Shown piece by piece: positions 38,571-49,260 of a DNA stretch of 64,000 nucleotides. Below the pieces are notes generated by a model that was given only the letters and a program-made list of their open reading frames with translations, did not search any database and was not told the origin of the DNA. The stretch covers positions 6,717-70,716 of the forward strand of contig CADAWR010000014.1 of NCBI GenBank assembly GCA_902791695.1. The letters are read 5' to 3'. Source of the stretch: an uncultured Bacteroidota bacterium (GTDB lineage Bacteria > Bacteroidota > Bacteroidia > Bacteroidales > P3). Each line of letters opens with the position of its first letter. The stretch's first letter is position 1. The translations under genes were made by a program, and so were the position numbers.

Positions 38571-39463
38571 CAGTCAAAGTCCATAACCTCACGCTGAAGA
38601 ACCCCGTGATGACCGCCAGCGGCACCTTCGGCTACGGCGAAGAGTTCGCCGACTTCATAGACCTCAACCGCCTCGGCGGCTTCATCGTCAAGGGCACCAC
38701 CGGCACCCACCGCGAGGGCAACCCCTACCCCCGCATGGTGGAGACCCCCTCGGGCATGCTCAACTCCGTGGGCCTCCAGAACGGCGGCGTCGAGAAGTTC
38801 TGCACAGAGGTTTATCCCCGCATCCAGCACCTCGACACAAACATCATAGTCAACGTCAGCGGCTCCTCCATCGAAGAGTACTGCGACGTAGCCTCGCAGG
38901 TCGACGCCCTCGACCGCATACCCGCCATCGAGCTCAACATCAGCTGCCCCAACGTCAAGTGCGGCGGCATGGGCTTCGGCACCAGCCCCGACATGGCAGC
39001 CCAAGTCGTCTCCGCCGTGCGCAAAGTGTACCACAAGACACTGATAGTGAAGCTCTCGCCCAACGTCACCAACATCGCCGAGATTGCCAAGGCTGTCGAA
39101 GGCGCCGGTGCCGACAGCGTAAGCCTCATCAATACCCTGCTGGGCATGGCCATCGACATCGAACGCCGCCGCCCCTTCATGGCCAACGTCACCGGAGGCC
39201 TCAGCGGCCCCGCCGTCAAGCCCGTGGCCGTGCGCATGGTGTGGCAGGTGGCCCATGCCGTCAAGATTCCCGTCGTGGGCCTGGGCGGCATCTGCACCGC
39301 CGAGGACGCCATAGAGTTCCTCATGGCCGGTGCCACAGCCATCGAGGTGGGCACCGCCAACTTCATCGACCCCGCCGTCACCGTCAAGATCATCGACGGC
39401 ATGGAGGCCTGGTGCCAGCGCCACGGCGTCAACGACATCAATGAGATTATCGGCATAATATGA
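38564..39463 (+). CDS. pyrD: Dihydroorotate dehydrogenase B, catalytic subunit
   Basis: [31 protein letters not shown] and [10 protein letters not shown] motifs. An alternative ATG is at 38552. Confidence 0.9.
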   Translation: MLAVKVHNLTLKNPVMTASGTFGYGEEFADFIDLNRLGGFIVKGTTGTHREGNPYPRMVETPSGMLNSVGLQNGGVEKFCTEVYPRIQHLDTNIIVNVSGSSIEEYCDVASQVDALDRIPAIELNISCPNVKCGGMGFGTSPDMAAQVVSAVRKVYHKTLIVKLSPNVTNIAEIAKAVEGAGADSVSLINTLLGMAIDIERRRPFMANVTGGLSGPAVKPVAVRMVWQVAHAVKIPVVGLGGICTAEDAIEFLMAGATAIEVGTANFIDPAVTVKIIDGMEAWCQRHGVNDINEIIGII

Positions 39464-40296
39464 TACTCATAGCCGACAGCGGCAGCACCAAGACCACCTG
39501 GATGGAGGTGGAGACCGGCAAAACGGTACTCACCGAAGGCCTCAACCCCCATTTCTCCGCCGACGAGCGCTTCCATGCCGCCTGCACCGTTGTCCGCCAG
39601 CAAATTCCCACTGCCGACTACCCACCGCAAACCATCTTCTTCTACGGTGCCGGCTGCGGCAACGTCACACAGCGCGAGCGCGTGGCCCGACTGCTCGCTA
39701 AAGCCTTTGGAACAAGCGACATACAGGTAGAGACCGACATGCTGGGAGCCTGCCACGCCACCTGTGGCCATGAGGCCGGCCTCGTGGGCATCCTCGGCAC
39801 CGGCAGCAACGCCTGCTACTACGACGGCACCGCCATCCTTTACCAGCCCTTCAGCACCGGCTACATCCTCGGCGACCACGGCTCGGCCAACCACGTGGGG
39901 CGGCGCCTGCTGCAGGACTACCTGTCCGGCATCATGCCACAGCACATAAGCACCATGTTCCATGACACTTACCCCCTTACACAGGAGCAGTTCATCGACC
40001 GTGTGTACCACCAGCCCAATGCCAACCGTTTCCTTGCCTCGCTGGCCCCTCTCGCCGTGCAGCACCTCGACGACGACTACTGCTTTCAGGTCATCTACAA
40101 CAGCCTCGCCGACTGGTACCGCTACCAGCTGGGCCCCATCGTCGACCGCAGCGGCTGCCGCACCCTCTCGCTCGTCGGCAGCTACGCAGCACACATAGAA
40201 CCAGCGCTTTGCCGCCTTGCCGCCGACCACGGCCTCACCCTCTGCGGCGTCCCCGCCGACCCCATCGACGGCCTCCGCCGCTACCACCGTAAATAA
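39460..40296 (+). CDS. BadF/BadG/BcrA/BcrD-type ATPase (N-acetylglucosamine kinase-like)
   Basis: [14 protein letters not shown] and [13 protein letters not shown]-fold phosphate motifs. Confidence 0.8.
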   Translation: MILIADSGSTKTTWMEVETGKTVLTEGLNPHFSADERFHAACTVVRQQIPTADYPPQTIFFYGAGCGNVTQRERVARLLAKAFGTSDIQVETDMLGACHATCGHEAGLVGILGTGSNACYYDGTAILYQPFSTGYILGDHGSANHVGRRLLQDYLSGIMPQHISTMFHDTYPLTQEQFIDRVYHQPNANRFLASLAPLAVQHLDDDYCFQVIYNSLADWYRYQLGPIVDRSGCRTLSLVGSYAAHIEPALCRLAADHGLTLCGVPADPIDGLRRYHRK

Positions 40297-40416
40297 AACG
40301 TTTTTTTACGCCGGAGGCTTCCCCATCAATAGAGCACAGTTCTCCTGCCAGAGCCGCCCATCTCCTCCTCCACCAGGTTAGGTGAGGGCCCACCAGGGCA
40401 GAGGAGTGTGTCGCAC

Positions 40417-40550
40417 CCCTACCTACCCCCTACGTACCCTCTCCGTCTGTTTTACGGTTGTTCACCGGTTGTTTAACGGTTTAAACCGTCGAACAACCGG
40501 TGAACAACCGTAGAACAGACGGACCGGAGTCGTAGGGGCGTCGAAAGGGG
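40417..40550. repeat. Intergenic palindromic element, copy C (most complete and symmetric)
   Basis: cccctacgtaccctctccgtctgttttacggttgttcaccggttgtttaacggttt|aaaccgtcgaacaaccggtgaacaaccgtagaacagacgg.ccggagtcgtagggg. Dyad centre at 40482/40483. Confidence 0.85.
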
Positions 40551-40605
40551 AGCGACTGAGTGGGGGAGTTTTTATAAAAAAAGTATGTGATTTGAAAAAT
40601 ATTCG

Positions 40606-40613
40606 TATCTTTG
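40606..40613 (+). promoter_or_regulatory. Candidate -7 box (TATCTTTG) for the T9SS cargo gene
   Basis: TAnnTTTG about 190 nt upstream of the ATG at 40804 (long leader). Confidence 0.35.
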
Positions 40614-40803
40614 CAGCCGGAAACCATAAAACAACACGATTATGTTAATCAGTATTCCTGTACAAAGACATTCAATGTGCCTTTTTTGTCTGTTCCGACG
40701 GACGCTGGTGTGTGTTACCCTGATTACCCCTATGGAGTAACCAGTTTAGCAATTTATTCTTATACCGACCGTATCTATCAGAGTGTATTAACTACAATTT
40801 GCG

Positions 40804-42291
40804 ATGAATAAGATGAAAAGAGTTTTGTTATTGTTCCTCAGTTTTGCATTATGCTTAATACCCACGGTGGTGAATGCCCAGACTGACACATTATATGGTC
40901 GTGTGCCATATTTCCACTATAACTATTATGACAGCAACTGGTGCAAATCGCAAGTGAATCAAGGAATATTGTATTACACGTTGCCTAGGAATGTTATAAT
41001 AAATTCTTTAGGTGTCGAGAAAAATAGTAATGTGCGCTATGGATATGGAATGTGTGTGTATGGCACTGAAGTGCCTGCTTCGGAAATTGCAATTCAAATG
41101 GATATGGACAGCGCAATGGAAATGAAAGGTATTGCATTTGGATACAACTATGTAGTACCAGAATGTTGTCATCCGGTGGGGGGGCTACAATTTCCTAATA
41201 GTAATATATACAATACCATAAACTACATTTTCAATATATATGATATTGGTATGAATGTTTTGTGGACGGATACTATCGCTACACAAGACCTGCGAATAGA
41301 CCATTATATGGAAGCTGGGTTTCATTTAACATCGGAAACATGGGAGACTGCATACCGTCAATGGTACAGCAACACTGGTGAATTTCAAGGTTATGAGGCA
41401 CCGGAGTACATTGGCCTATGTTATGTCATGTTCGACACTTCAATTTATGTTCCAGAAACATTTTACATCGGCATCACGTCGTCTACGCCTATTAATATAC
41501 AATATGACACGTCATTGGTAATAACTACATTTATTGAATGTTATCCATATGGCATGAGTGGTTATGACTCCATATGGTGTATGCCGTATGAGACACGACG
41601 GTATCGTGTATCACAGGGTAGCGGGGAGGCAATAAATGACTGGGAGGATGAGGAGTGCCACTACGGGGTACAGACCTGCCTGTATCCGATATTGGATTTG
41701 CCGTGCGATGACATCAGTGGGTTGCGCTGCGAGTCGGTCGGCAGTGCGGGGACAGTGGCATTTGTGCAGTGGGATGCGAACCCGAGGCATGCGGCCTATG
41801 AGGTGAGCTACGGCCCCAAAGGTACGCCTGCAGGGGCGGGCACAGTGGTGACCACCACGGTGCCGCGCTTCATGCTTACTCTCGACCGCAACACGCACTA
41901 TGACTTCTATGTGCGTGCACGGTGCGATTACGACACCACGAAGTGGAGCGCCTGGAGCGACACGCTGCATGTGCATCTGGCGACGCTTGATATACAAGGC
42001 GCAGAATCTGTTGAATGTAGCATTATGCCGAACCCGGCGCACGGGAGCGTTACGGTGCAGTGCAGCGAAGGGATAAAAAAGGTGGAGCTGTTCACGGTGA
42101 AGGGGGAAAGAGTTAATGTGACACACGCCCCCGCCCTTGGCAGAAGTTCACAGGACTTCTGCCCCCCATCTAACTTAGAGGGGGAGCTGAGAAGCTGCAG
42201 CCTTGACCTCACGGGGTTGGCCAAGGGCGTTTACATCGTGCAAATAACTACGGCACAGGGCACTGCGGCCCGCAAGCTGGCGGTGGAGTGA
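40804..42291 (+). CDS. Hypothetical T9SS-secreted protein (novel N-terminal domain + FN3 + C-terminal sorting domain)
   Basis: Signal peptide ...PTVVNAQ. FN3-like GTVAFVQWDANPRHAAYEVSYGPKG...YDFYVRARC. CTD IMPNPAHGSVTV...GLAKGVYIVQITTAQGTAARKLAVE. Confidence 0.8.
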   Translation: MNKMKRVLLLFLSFALCLIPTVVNAQTDTLYGRVPYFHYNYYDSNWCKSQVNQGILYYTLPRNVIINSLGVEKNSNVRYGYGMCVYGTEVPASEIAIQMDMDSAMEMKGIAFGYNYVVPECCHPVGGLQFPNSNIYNTINYIFNIYDIGMNVLWTDTIATQDLRIDHYMEAGFHLTSETWETAYRQWYSNTGEFQGYEAPEYIGLCYVMFDTSIYVPETFYIGITSSTPINIQYDTSLVITTFIECYPYGMSGYDSIWCMPYETRRYRVSQGSGEAINDWEDEECHYGVQTCLYPILDLPCDDISGLRCESVGSAGTVAFVQWDANPRHAAYEVSYGPKGTPAGAGTVVTTTVPRFMLTLDRNTHYDFYVRARCDYDTTKWSAWSDTLHVHLATLDIQGAESVECSIMPNPAHGSVTVQCSEGIKKVELFTVKGERVNVTHAPALGRSSQDFCPPSNLEGELRSCSLDLTGLAKGVYIVQITTAQGTAARKLAVE

Positions 42292-42441
42292 GCGGCAGGA
42301 GTGTTAAAGTATAGTTAAAAAAGGCTCTTCCGGTCGGGAGGGCCTTATATTATATATGCGAAAACATTTTTTCGTCGGGCACAATAATGGGGGCAATAAT
42401 GCGTTAAAGTAGACTGATAACTATAAAAAGAGAAACTAAAA

Positions 42442-42864
42442 ATGGATTTATCTAACATTCTCGTGATTGCCGGCAAGCCGGATTTGAGTGAACTGGTGTC
42501 GCAGACCAAGGGCGGCGCCGTGGTGAAGAACCTCGTGACAGGTCAGAAATACCCTGTGTTCAAGAATGACAGAATAAGCTCGCTGGGCGAGATACGTCTC
42601 TTCACGGAGACCGACGAGCGCCCGCTGGAGGAGGTGATGCAGGCCATCCACAAGGTGCTGGAGGGCAAGCCGACCCCATTCGAGCCCAAGAAGGCTGAAG
42701 GCAAGGAGCTCTTCGCCCTGCTGGAGAAAGCACTGCCCGACTACGACCGCGAGCGCGTGCATACGTCGGACGCCAAGAAGCTCTTCGCCTGGTACAACGT
42801 GCTGCTGGGCGCCGAGAAGATAACCTTCGACGAGCCTGAGGCCGCCGAGGAAAAGGCAGAATAA
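42442..42864 (+). CDS. DUF5606-like conserved Bacteroidota protein
   Basis: MDLSNILVIAGKPDLSELVSQTKGGAVVKNLVTGQKYPVF... N-terminus recalled as DUF5606. Acidic C-terminal tail. Confidence 0.7.
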   Translation: MDLSNILVIAGKPDLSELVSQTKGGAVVKNLVTGQKYPVFKNDRISSLGEIRLFTETDERPLEEVMQAIHKVLEGKPTPFEPKKAEGKELFALLEKALPDYDRERVHTSDAKKLFAWYNVLLGAEKITFDEPEAAEEKAE

Positions 42865-42889
42865 TAACCAATAAAAAAATACAAAAGCC

Positions 42890-44002
42890 ATGAAAAAGAT
42901 ACTTGTGGCGCTATGCGCAGTAACTCTCATCGGCCTGACGGCCTGCCAGAAAGACAAGGTGACCCCCGACGAGCCCACCACACAGGACAGCGGCCAGACC
43001 CCCACCCCACAGCCGCAACCCGGCCAGTCCACATGGGCCGACATTGCCGGCGTCTACAGTCCGGCGGCCAAGATTGTGGCTGTGAGCGAGAACGGCGCGG
43101 CAAGCGAGACGTGGACATGGGAGAACGACCTGCTGAAGGTTGTTGCCAACGCTAACGGCAGCGAAAAAGTGAGCTTCACGCACGACGGCCAAGGCCGCGT
43201 GGCCACCATGACCGTCAACGGCGACGGCATGCTGAGCGGCACGGTGAACGTAACTTACACTGGCGAAGATATGACGCAGCTGAGCCTTGCAGGCACAAGC
43301 AATGTATCGGCACAGCTGACGAACAGCAACCACAAACTGATGAGTGCAGACCTCAACATGGACGGCATGGATAACAGCACGTTAATCTCACTGTTCAATA
43401 CCGCTGTGGCCCAGTTCATAGGCAACAACAGTGCCGACAATATTATATCGGGCATCGACAGCGTGAGCGGCAGCATTACCTTCACGTGGGATGGTAACAA
43501 CGTCAGCACAAGCACTTCCACCATCAGCGCACGCCTGAAGACCACCATAGGACAGATAGCCGCACTGCTCAACAACGACTTCAGCATGTTTGGCCAATAC
43601 GGGGATCTGATCGCCAGCTACGCTCAGGCATCGCCCAACACGCCGTTGTATATCAATGCCACGCTGAACGACGAGAGTGACTACACGTACGACAACAACC
43701 CCAACCCTCTGCGCCGCTATATGGGCGACATGATACGGTTCGAGGACAACATGCCGAGCTTCAGTGTGACGACCTTCTCGGACAACAATATCATCGAGGA
43801 AGGACATATCGGTGTTGCAAGCATTAACATCTATACCGTCATAAACATTCCCTTCTTAGGGGAAAATACCTACCCGCTCTACAACACCGACTATAACCTG
43901 TACAACAAGGTGGTGCCCTACACCTACAGCTACCGTGCCGACGGCTATCCTGTGAGCGTCGAGAGCAACAGCGGCACCAAGACTTACACATATCAAGAGT
44001 AA
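42890..44002 (+). CDS. Hypothetical lipoprotein
   Basis: Lipobox IGLTAC, a Pro/Thr/Gln linker, then a beta-rich body with Y(T/S)Y-type motifs. Confidence 0.75.
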   Translation: MKKILVALCAVTLIGLTACQKDKVTPDEPTTQDSGQTPTPQPQPGQSTWADIAGVYSPAAKIVAVSENGAASETWTWENDLLKVVANANGSEKVSFTHDGQGRVATMTVNGDGMLSGTVNVTYTGEDMTQLSLAGTSNVSAQLTNSNHKLMSADLNMDGMDNSTLISLFNTAVAQFIGNNSADNIISGIDSVSGSITFTWDGNNVSTSTSTISARLKTTIGQIAALLNNDFSMFGQYGDLIASYAQASPNTPLYINATLNDESDYTYDNNPNPLRRYMGDMIRFEDNMPSFSVTTFSDNNIIEEGHIGVASINIYTVINIPFLGENTYPLYNTDYNLYNKVVPYTYSYRADGYPVSVESNSGTKTYTYQE

Positions 44003-44007
44003 ACACA

Positions 44008-46068
44008 ATGACCTACACAGAGAAAGACAAGAGATACAAGCGCTATACTGTCACTTCGGCGCTGCCCTATGCCAACGGTCCCGTGCACATAGGACACCTG
44101 GCCGGTGTCTATGTGCCTGCCGACGTCTACGTGCGTTACCTGCGCGCCCAAGGCGAGGAGGTGATGTTCATAGGCGGAAGCGACGAGCACGGCGTGCCCA
44201 TAACCATCAAGGCCCGCAAGGAGGGCGTCACGCCACAGGACATCGTGGACCGCTACCACAAGATAATCAAGGACAGCTTCGCCGAGCTGGGCATAAGCTT
44301 CGACATCTACAGCCGCACCAGCAGCAAGGAGCACCACGAGACGGCAGCGGCATACTTCAAGAAGCTCTACGACGAGGGCAAGTTCGTGGAGAAAGTGTCG
44401 CAGCAGTACTACGACGAGGAGGCGGGCTGCTTCCTGGCCGACCGCTACATCACCGGCACATGCCCCCACTGCGGCAACGAGCGCGCCTATGGCGACCAAT
44501 GCGAAGCCTGCGGTACGTCGCTCAATGCCACCGACCTCATCAACCCCAAGAGCGCCCTCAGCGGCTCGAAGCCCGTGCTGAAGGAGACCAAGCATTGGTT
44601 CCTCCCGCTGGACCAGGACGAGCCGTGGCTGCGCGAATGGATACTGGAGAGCCACAAAGGCGACTGGAAGACAAACGTATACGGCCAGTGCAAGTCGTGG
44701 ATTGACGCCGGCCTGCAACCGCGCGCCGTCACGCGCGACCTCGACTGGGGCGTGAAGGTGCCCATTGAGGGTGCCGACGGCAAGGTGCTGTACGTATGGT
44801 TCGACGCCCCCATCGGATATATCAGCTTCACCAAGCAGCTCAAAGGCGCCGACTGGGAGAAGTGGTGGAAAGACCAGGACACCAAGCTGGTGCACTTCAT
44901 CGGCAAGGACAACATAGTGTTCCACTGCATCATCTTCCCCTCGATGCTGCACGCCGACGGCAGTTACATCCTGCCCGCCAACGTGCCGGCCAATGAGTTC
45001 CTCAACCTCGAAGGCGACAAGATAAGCACCTCGCGCAACTGGGCAGTGTGGCTGCACGAGTACCTGCAGGAATTCCCCGGCAAGCAGGATGTGCTGCGCT
45101 ACACGCTGTGCAGCAATGCGCCGGAGACCAAGGACAACGACTTCACCTGGAAGGACTTCCAACTGAAGAACAACAGCGAGCTGGTGGCCATCCTTGGCAA
45201 CTTCGTCAACCGCACGCTTGTACTGACGCACAAGTTCTACGGCGGACGCGTGCCCGCGCTGGGCAATATATCCGCACAGGACGAAGAGGTAATCAAGGAA
45301 CTTGCTACCTTCCCGGAACGCATAGGCCGCAGCATTGAGACCTACCGCTTCCGCGAGGCTTTGGCAGAAATGATGAACCTGGCCCGCCTGGGCAACAAAT
45401 ACCTGACGGACACCGAACCGTGGAAGCTCATCAAGACTGACCCCGAGCGCACCGCCACGGTGATGAACCTATCGCTGCAGATATGCGCCAACCTGGCAGT
45501 GCTCTGCGCCCCCTTCCTGCCCTTCACGGCAGACAAAATGCACCGCATCATGAATCTGCAGGCACTGGGTTGGAAAGACGCAGGTCGCGCCGACATCCTG
45601 ATGGAGGGCCATCAGATAGACCAGCCAGAGCTGCTGTTTGAACAAATTAGCGACGAGACCATACAGGCTCAAGTAGACAAGCTGCAGGCCACCAAGGCCC
45701 AGAACGAGCTTAACGCCTGGAAGCCCGCCGAGGTGAAGGCACCGGTGACCATCGACGACTTCGGCAAGATGGACATTCGTGTGGGTACCATATTGGAATG
45801 CCAGAAGGTTCCCAAGGCCGACAAGCTGCTGCAGTTCAAGATTGAGGATGGCATGGGCACACGCACCATCGTCAGCGGCATTGCCAAGTTCTACCCCGAC
45901 CCACAGGCCCTAGTAGGCAGGCAAGTTTGCTTCATCGCCAACTTCCCGCCTCGCAAACTCAAGGGCGTGGAGAGCCAGGGCATGATCCTCAGCGCCGAAG
46001 ACAAGGACGGCCGTCTGGTGCTGCTAACGCCCTCTGACATAGTTACTCCCGGCTGCAACGTGGGTTGA
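44008..46068 (+). CDS. metG: Methionine--tRNA ligase (with C-terminal tRNA-binding domain)
   Basis: HIGH-type [11 protein letters not shown], zinc knuckle [18 protein letters not shown] and KISTSRN (KMSKS). Confidence 0.97.
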   Translation: MTYTEKDKRYKRYTVTSALPYANGPVHIGHLAGVYVPADVYVRYLRAQGEEVMFIGGSDEHGVPITIKARKEGVTPQDIVDRYHKIIKDSFAELGISFDIYSRTSSKEHHETAAAYFKKLYDEGKFVEKVSQQYYDEEAGCFLADRYITGTCPHCGNERAYGDQCEACGTSLNATDLINPKSALSGSKPVLKETKHWFLPLDQDEPWLREWILESHKGDWKTNVYGQCKSWIDAGLQPRAVTRDLDWGVKVPIEGADGKVLYVWFDAPIGYISFTKQLKGADWEKWWKDQDTKLVHFIGKDNIVFHCIIFPSMLHADGSYILPANVPANEFLNLEGDKISTSRNWAVWLHEYLQEFPGKQDVLRYTLCSNAPETKDNDFTWKDFQLKNNSELVAILGNFVNRTLVLTHKFYGGRVPALGNISAQDEEVIKELATFPERIGRSIETYRFREALAEMMNLARLGNKYLTDTEPWKLIKTDPERTATVMNLSLQICANLAVLCAPFLPFTADKMHRIMNLQALGWKDAGRADILMEGHQIDQPELLFEQISDETIQAQVDKLQATKAQNELNAWKPAEVKAPVTIDDFGKMDIRVGTILECQKVPKADKLLQFKIEDGMGTRTIVSGIAKFYPDPQALVGRQVCFIANFPPRKLKGVESQGMILSAEDKDGRLVLLTPSDIVTPGCNVG

Positions 46069-46117
46069 GCTGGGAAAAATAGGTGACGGTTTCGGAATTT
46101 CCCTCATGGAAAGGCAG

Positions 46118-46125
46118 TAATTTTG
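46118..46125 (+). promoter_or_regulatory. Candidate -7 box (TAATTTTG) for the SR-rich protein gene
   Basis: TAnnTTTG 40 nt upstream of the ATG at 46165. An AAAGGAG Shine-Dalgarno-like element is at 46151-46157. Confidence 0.4.
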
Positions 46126-46164
46126 CAACCAGAAAACGAAACCAAAAAAGAAAGGAGTAACATC

Positions 46165-47181
46165 ATGAAAACCGCAAAAGCAATAATCCTCGCAGTGACG
46201 GCCATAGCGTTGGCGATGCCCGTAGTGGCGCAACCCTCGCGCAGCGGCGGTGGCGGTGGTGGCAGCCGTAGTCATTCAAGTGCCCCTTCGCGCAGTAGTT
46301 CGAGCTACAGCTCATCGAGCCGCAGCAGCGCTCCCTCGCGCAGCTACAGTGCACCGAGCTCAAGCAGCAGAAGCAGCTATAATACCCCGAGCCGCAGCAA
46401 CTCGAGCACGCCGAGCCGCAGTTACAACGCGCCCTCGCGCAGTAACAGTACCTCACCTGCAAGCAGCCGCAGCATGGGCCAGAGCGCTCCAAGCCGCAGC
46501 ATGGGTCAGAGTGCTCCGAGCCGTAGCATGGGCAGTGCTGCGAGAACCAGCAGCATGGCTCCCACGCGCAGCGATATGGGCCGTCAGGCACCTGCCGTAA
46601 GCGGAGCCAAACCAGCCGGCACGACGCCGACGCGTTCAGAAGCGAACCCCGTACGCGTCCCTTCAACAGGTGAAGGACATCACGTTGACTATGCACGTCC
46701 GGGGCACCCCGGTGGCCACCTGCCCCCTTCGGCACGCCCGATACACCCCGCCCCCTACTTCCACCACCCGTGGCATCACCACTATGTGCACTGCCATCCC
46801 ATCTACTGGGATCCGCTGCCCCCTCGCCACTGGTACTGGCCCGGCTTCTGGATGTACTGCAACAGCTACTGGTATGACTACCATGTGACCGACGTGGTTG
46901 TGGTGCGCGAGTACGTGAAAGACACCTACAAGGTCGACATAGTGACCTACGGCATCAGCGGTGACATCATGTACGCCATAGTTAAAGACGGCGGCGACAC
47001 CTACCTGCAAGTTTACGACAAGGATGACCACCTGCTGGCTGAGCAGAAGATTCACAGGAAATACTGCAACATGGTCATCGATGCCGACAACGGCGGCTGC
47101 TGGATCAGCAAGAAAGGCGACAAAGACCCGTTGCTCTTCATCTGGGCCGATGGCAAGCTGCTGATATACGAAGAAGACTAA
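46165..47181 (+). CDS. Secreted protein with Ser/Arg-rich low-complexity region, His/Pro/Trp/Tyr-rich segment and a globular C-terminal domain
   Basis: Start at MKTAKAIILAVTAIALAMPVVAQ. (A)PSRS repeats, MGQSAPSRS in about 2.5 copies, and HHPWHHHYVHCHPIYWDPLPPRHWYWPGFW. Confidence 0.75.
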   Translation: MKTAKAIILAVTAIALAMPVVAQPSRSGGGGGGSRSHSSAPSRSSSSYSSSSRSSAPSRSYSAPSSSSRSSYNTPSRSNSSTPSRSYNAPSRSNSTSPASSRSMGQSAPSRSMGQSAPSRSMGSAARTSSMAPTRSDMGRQAPAVSGAKPAGTTPTRSEANPVRVPSTGEGHHVDYARPGHPGGHLPPSARPIHPAPYFHHPWHHHYVHCHPIYWDPLPPRHWYWPGFWMYCNSYWYDYHVTDVVVVREYVKDTYKVDIVTYGISGDIMYAIVKDGGDTYLQVYDKDDHLLAEQKIHRKYCNMVIDADNGGCWISKKGDKDPLLFIWADGKLLIYEED

Positions 47182-47607
47182 ATGAAAGGCACATACGTTT
47201 ACGAATACCCCCGCCCGATGCTTACGGCCGACTGTGTGGTCGTCCGCCATCGGGCGGAGGTGCTTTTGGTGAGGCGCGGCAACGAGCCATACAAAGGGTG
47301 CTGGGCACTGCCTGGCGGCTTCATGGAGATGGACGAGACCATAGAGCACTGTGCCGTGCGCGAACTGCAGGAGGAGACCGGCATTAGCGTAGGTGAGGAG
47401 AGCCTGGCTCTCATAGGCGTCTACAGCATGCCGGGACGCGACCCGCGAGGACGCACAGTGACGGCGGCATACCGTGTGGATGTGGCTGATGATGCCAAGA
47501 CTAAGGCCGGCGACGATGCTGCCGAGGTGCGATGGTGGCCACTCGAAGCCTTGCCGCCGCTGGCATTCGACCACAACGAGATAATTACCGCAGCCAAAAA
47601 CATTTAA
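47182..47607 (+). CDS. NUDIX hydrolase
   Basis: Nudix box GGFMEMDETIEHCAVRELQEETG. Confidence 0.85.
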   Translation: MKGTYVYEYPRPMLTADCVVVRHRAEVLLVRRGNEPYKGCWALPGGFMEMDETIEHCAVRELQEETGISVGEESLALIGVYSMPGRDPRGRTVTAAYRVDVADDAKTKAGDDAAEVRWWPLEALPPLAFDHNEIITAAKNI

Positions 47608-47628
47608 CGCTGCGGTAATTTTTTTTAT
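47584..47628 (+). terminator. Intrinsic terminator overlapping the NUDIX gene 3' end
   Basis: attaccgcag-(16 nt)-ctgcggtaat followed by tttttttt. Confidence 0.65.
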
Positions 47629-47670
47629 TTGCCACAATAATATAAAAGGCGCTTCGCCGTTATAAAAAGT

Positions 47671-49260
47671 ATGGATTCCGACAAGGCAAAACAGAACGGC
47701 AACTTCATATTGGTACTCGTGGCAATGGTGCTAGGAGTGCTGATAGGCTTGATGTTTGCCTCGCACAACAACCAGAAAGCCGACGGTACGCTGGATGGGA
47801 AAGTGAGCGAGGTGATGAGACTTGTGGAAAGCGAGTATGTCGATGAGGTGGATGCCGACTCAGTAAGCGAGCGCATACTGGCGGCGATACTCAGCGAGTT
47901 AGACCCGCACAGCACCTATCTGTCAGCCCGCGAGACCGAACGCACCGGCGAGATGATGCGCGGCAACTTCGAGGGCGTAGGCATAGTGCTGCATTATGAA
48001 GGCGACACTGCTTACGTTGGGCAGGTATTGGCCGACGGTCCTTCGGCGAATGTGGGGCTGCTGCCGGGCGATATGATTGTAACCGTTGACGACGATACCG
48101 TGAGCGGTGTGGGGATGGCACGCGACAGCGTGGTAGCGCGTCTGCGGGGACCTCGCGGAACGAAAGTGGAGGTGCATGTGCAGCGTTTGGGTAAAGAGTT
48201 TGCATATACGATACGCCGGGGTGTTGTCAGACATGAGACGGTGACCTGCGCCAAGATGATTAACGACACCACAGGTTACATCCTGTTATCGTCGTTCTCG
48301 TCGACGAGTCACAATGAGTTCCACAACGCCCTTGTGACACTGAAAGGTAAAGGCATGAAGAGGCTTATCTTCGACCTGCGCGGCAATGGAGGTGGCTCGC
48401 TGACGAGCGCCGTGGGCATTACAGGCGAACTGCTGCCGACAGGCAGCTTGATAGTGTACACGCAGGGAGCCCACAGCCGCCGGCGCGACGTGAAGGCCCC
48501 GATGGGTGGTCTCTTCACCAAAGGCACTGTGGTGGTAATGGTCGACGAGAACTCGGCCTCGGCCAGCGAGGTGGTCAGCGGTGCGTTGCAAGACAATGAC
48601 CGCGCCACTATAGTGGGACGCCGTACCTTTGGCAAAGGACTGGTGCAGACGGACTTCTCGCTTAGCGATGGCTCTTCGGTTCTGCTCACTACAGCCCGTT
48701 ATTACACGCCTTCGGGGCGCTCGATACAAAGACCTTATTCCGACGGCACGAACGAATACTACCGTTCGTACCTCGAACAGTTGCTGGACGAGTCTTATGC
48801 TGACAGCATGACGGTGCATATCAACGACTCGACGCCCTACTACACCCATGGCGGCCGCGTGGTATACGGCGGCGGCGGCATAGTGCCCGACCGGCTGCTG
48901 GCATACCATAAGGACGAGTCATTTGTGTATTACAACGCATTGGCCAACAAAGGCTTGATTAACAATGTAGCGTTCCATTATGTGCTGTATCACGCCGCCG
49001 AACTGCTGAAACAATATTCTGATGCCAAGAGCTTCGGCAAAAACTTCAAGATATCAGAATCCATGCTTGAGGAACTTATCAGGGAAGGCGAAAGCAAAGG
49101 GGTGGAAAAAAACGACAAGAGCATAGCAACACAGCGGCCGTTAATGATGGCCATGCTTAAAGCATACATAGGTTTGGCCCTGTTCGGCAACGACGCCTTC
49201 TACGACGCCTACCTGCCGATGGACGAAGACCTAAGAGAAGTAATAAATATGAAGATATGA
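47671..49260 (+). CDS. S41 family C-terminal processing peptidase
   Basis: PDZ region (GLLPGDMIVTVDD), LIFDLRGNGGGS, and SASASE...GRRTFGKG. Confidence 0.9.
   Translation: MDSDKAKQNGNFILVLVAMVLGVLIGLMFASHNNQKADGTLDGKVSEVMRLVESEYVDEVDADSVSERILAAILSELDPHSTYLSARETERTGEMMRGNFEGVGIVLHYEGDTAYVGQVLADGPSANVGLLPGDMIVTVDDDTVSGVGMARDSVVARLRGPRGTKVEVHVQRLGKEFAYTIRRGVVRHETVTCAKMINDTTGYILLSSFSSTSHNEFHNALVTLKGKGMKRLIFDLRGNGGGSLTSAVGITGELLPTGSLIVYTQGAHSRRRDVKAPMGGLFTKGTVVVMVDENSASASEVVSGALQDNDRATIVGRRTFGKGLVQTDFSLSDGSSVLLTTARYYTPSGRSIQRPYSDGTNEYYRSYLEQLLDESYADSMTVHINDSTPYYTHGGRVVYGGGGIVPDRLLAYHKDESFVYYNALANKGLINNVAFHYVLYHAAELLKQYSDAKSFGKNFKISESMLEELIREGESKGVEKNDKSIATQRPLMMAMLKAYIGLALFGNDAFYDAYLPMDEDLREVINMKI

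Noticed and set aside
40611-40811. 66-aa ORF in the leader of the T9SS cargo gene
   Set aside because: It has a non-ATG start and begins inside or just after the -7 promoter box. It has no recognisable features and ends by overlapping the real start. It more likely reflects the long 5' UTR. A leader-peptide role cannot be excluded, but nothing supports one.
46250-46560. Ser/Arg-coding repetitive DNA as a non-coding satellite, and the antisense ORFs over it (46163-46735 minus; 46250-46600 plus)
   Set aside because: The repeats are in frame within an ORF that has a good signal peptide and a structured C-terminal domain. The alternative frames are by-products of the AGC/CGC-rich repeats.
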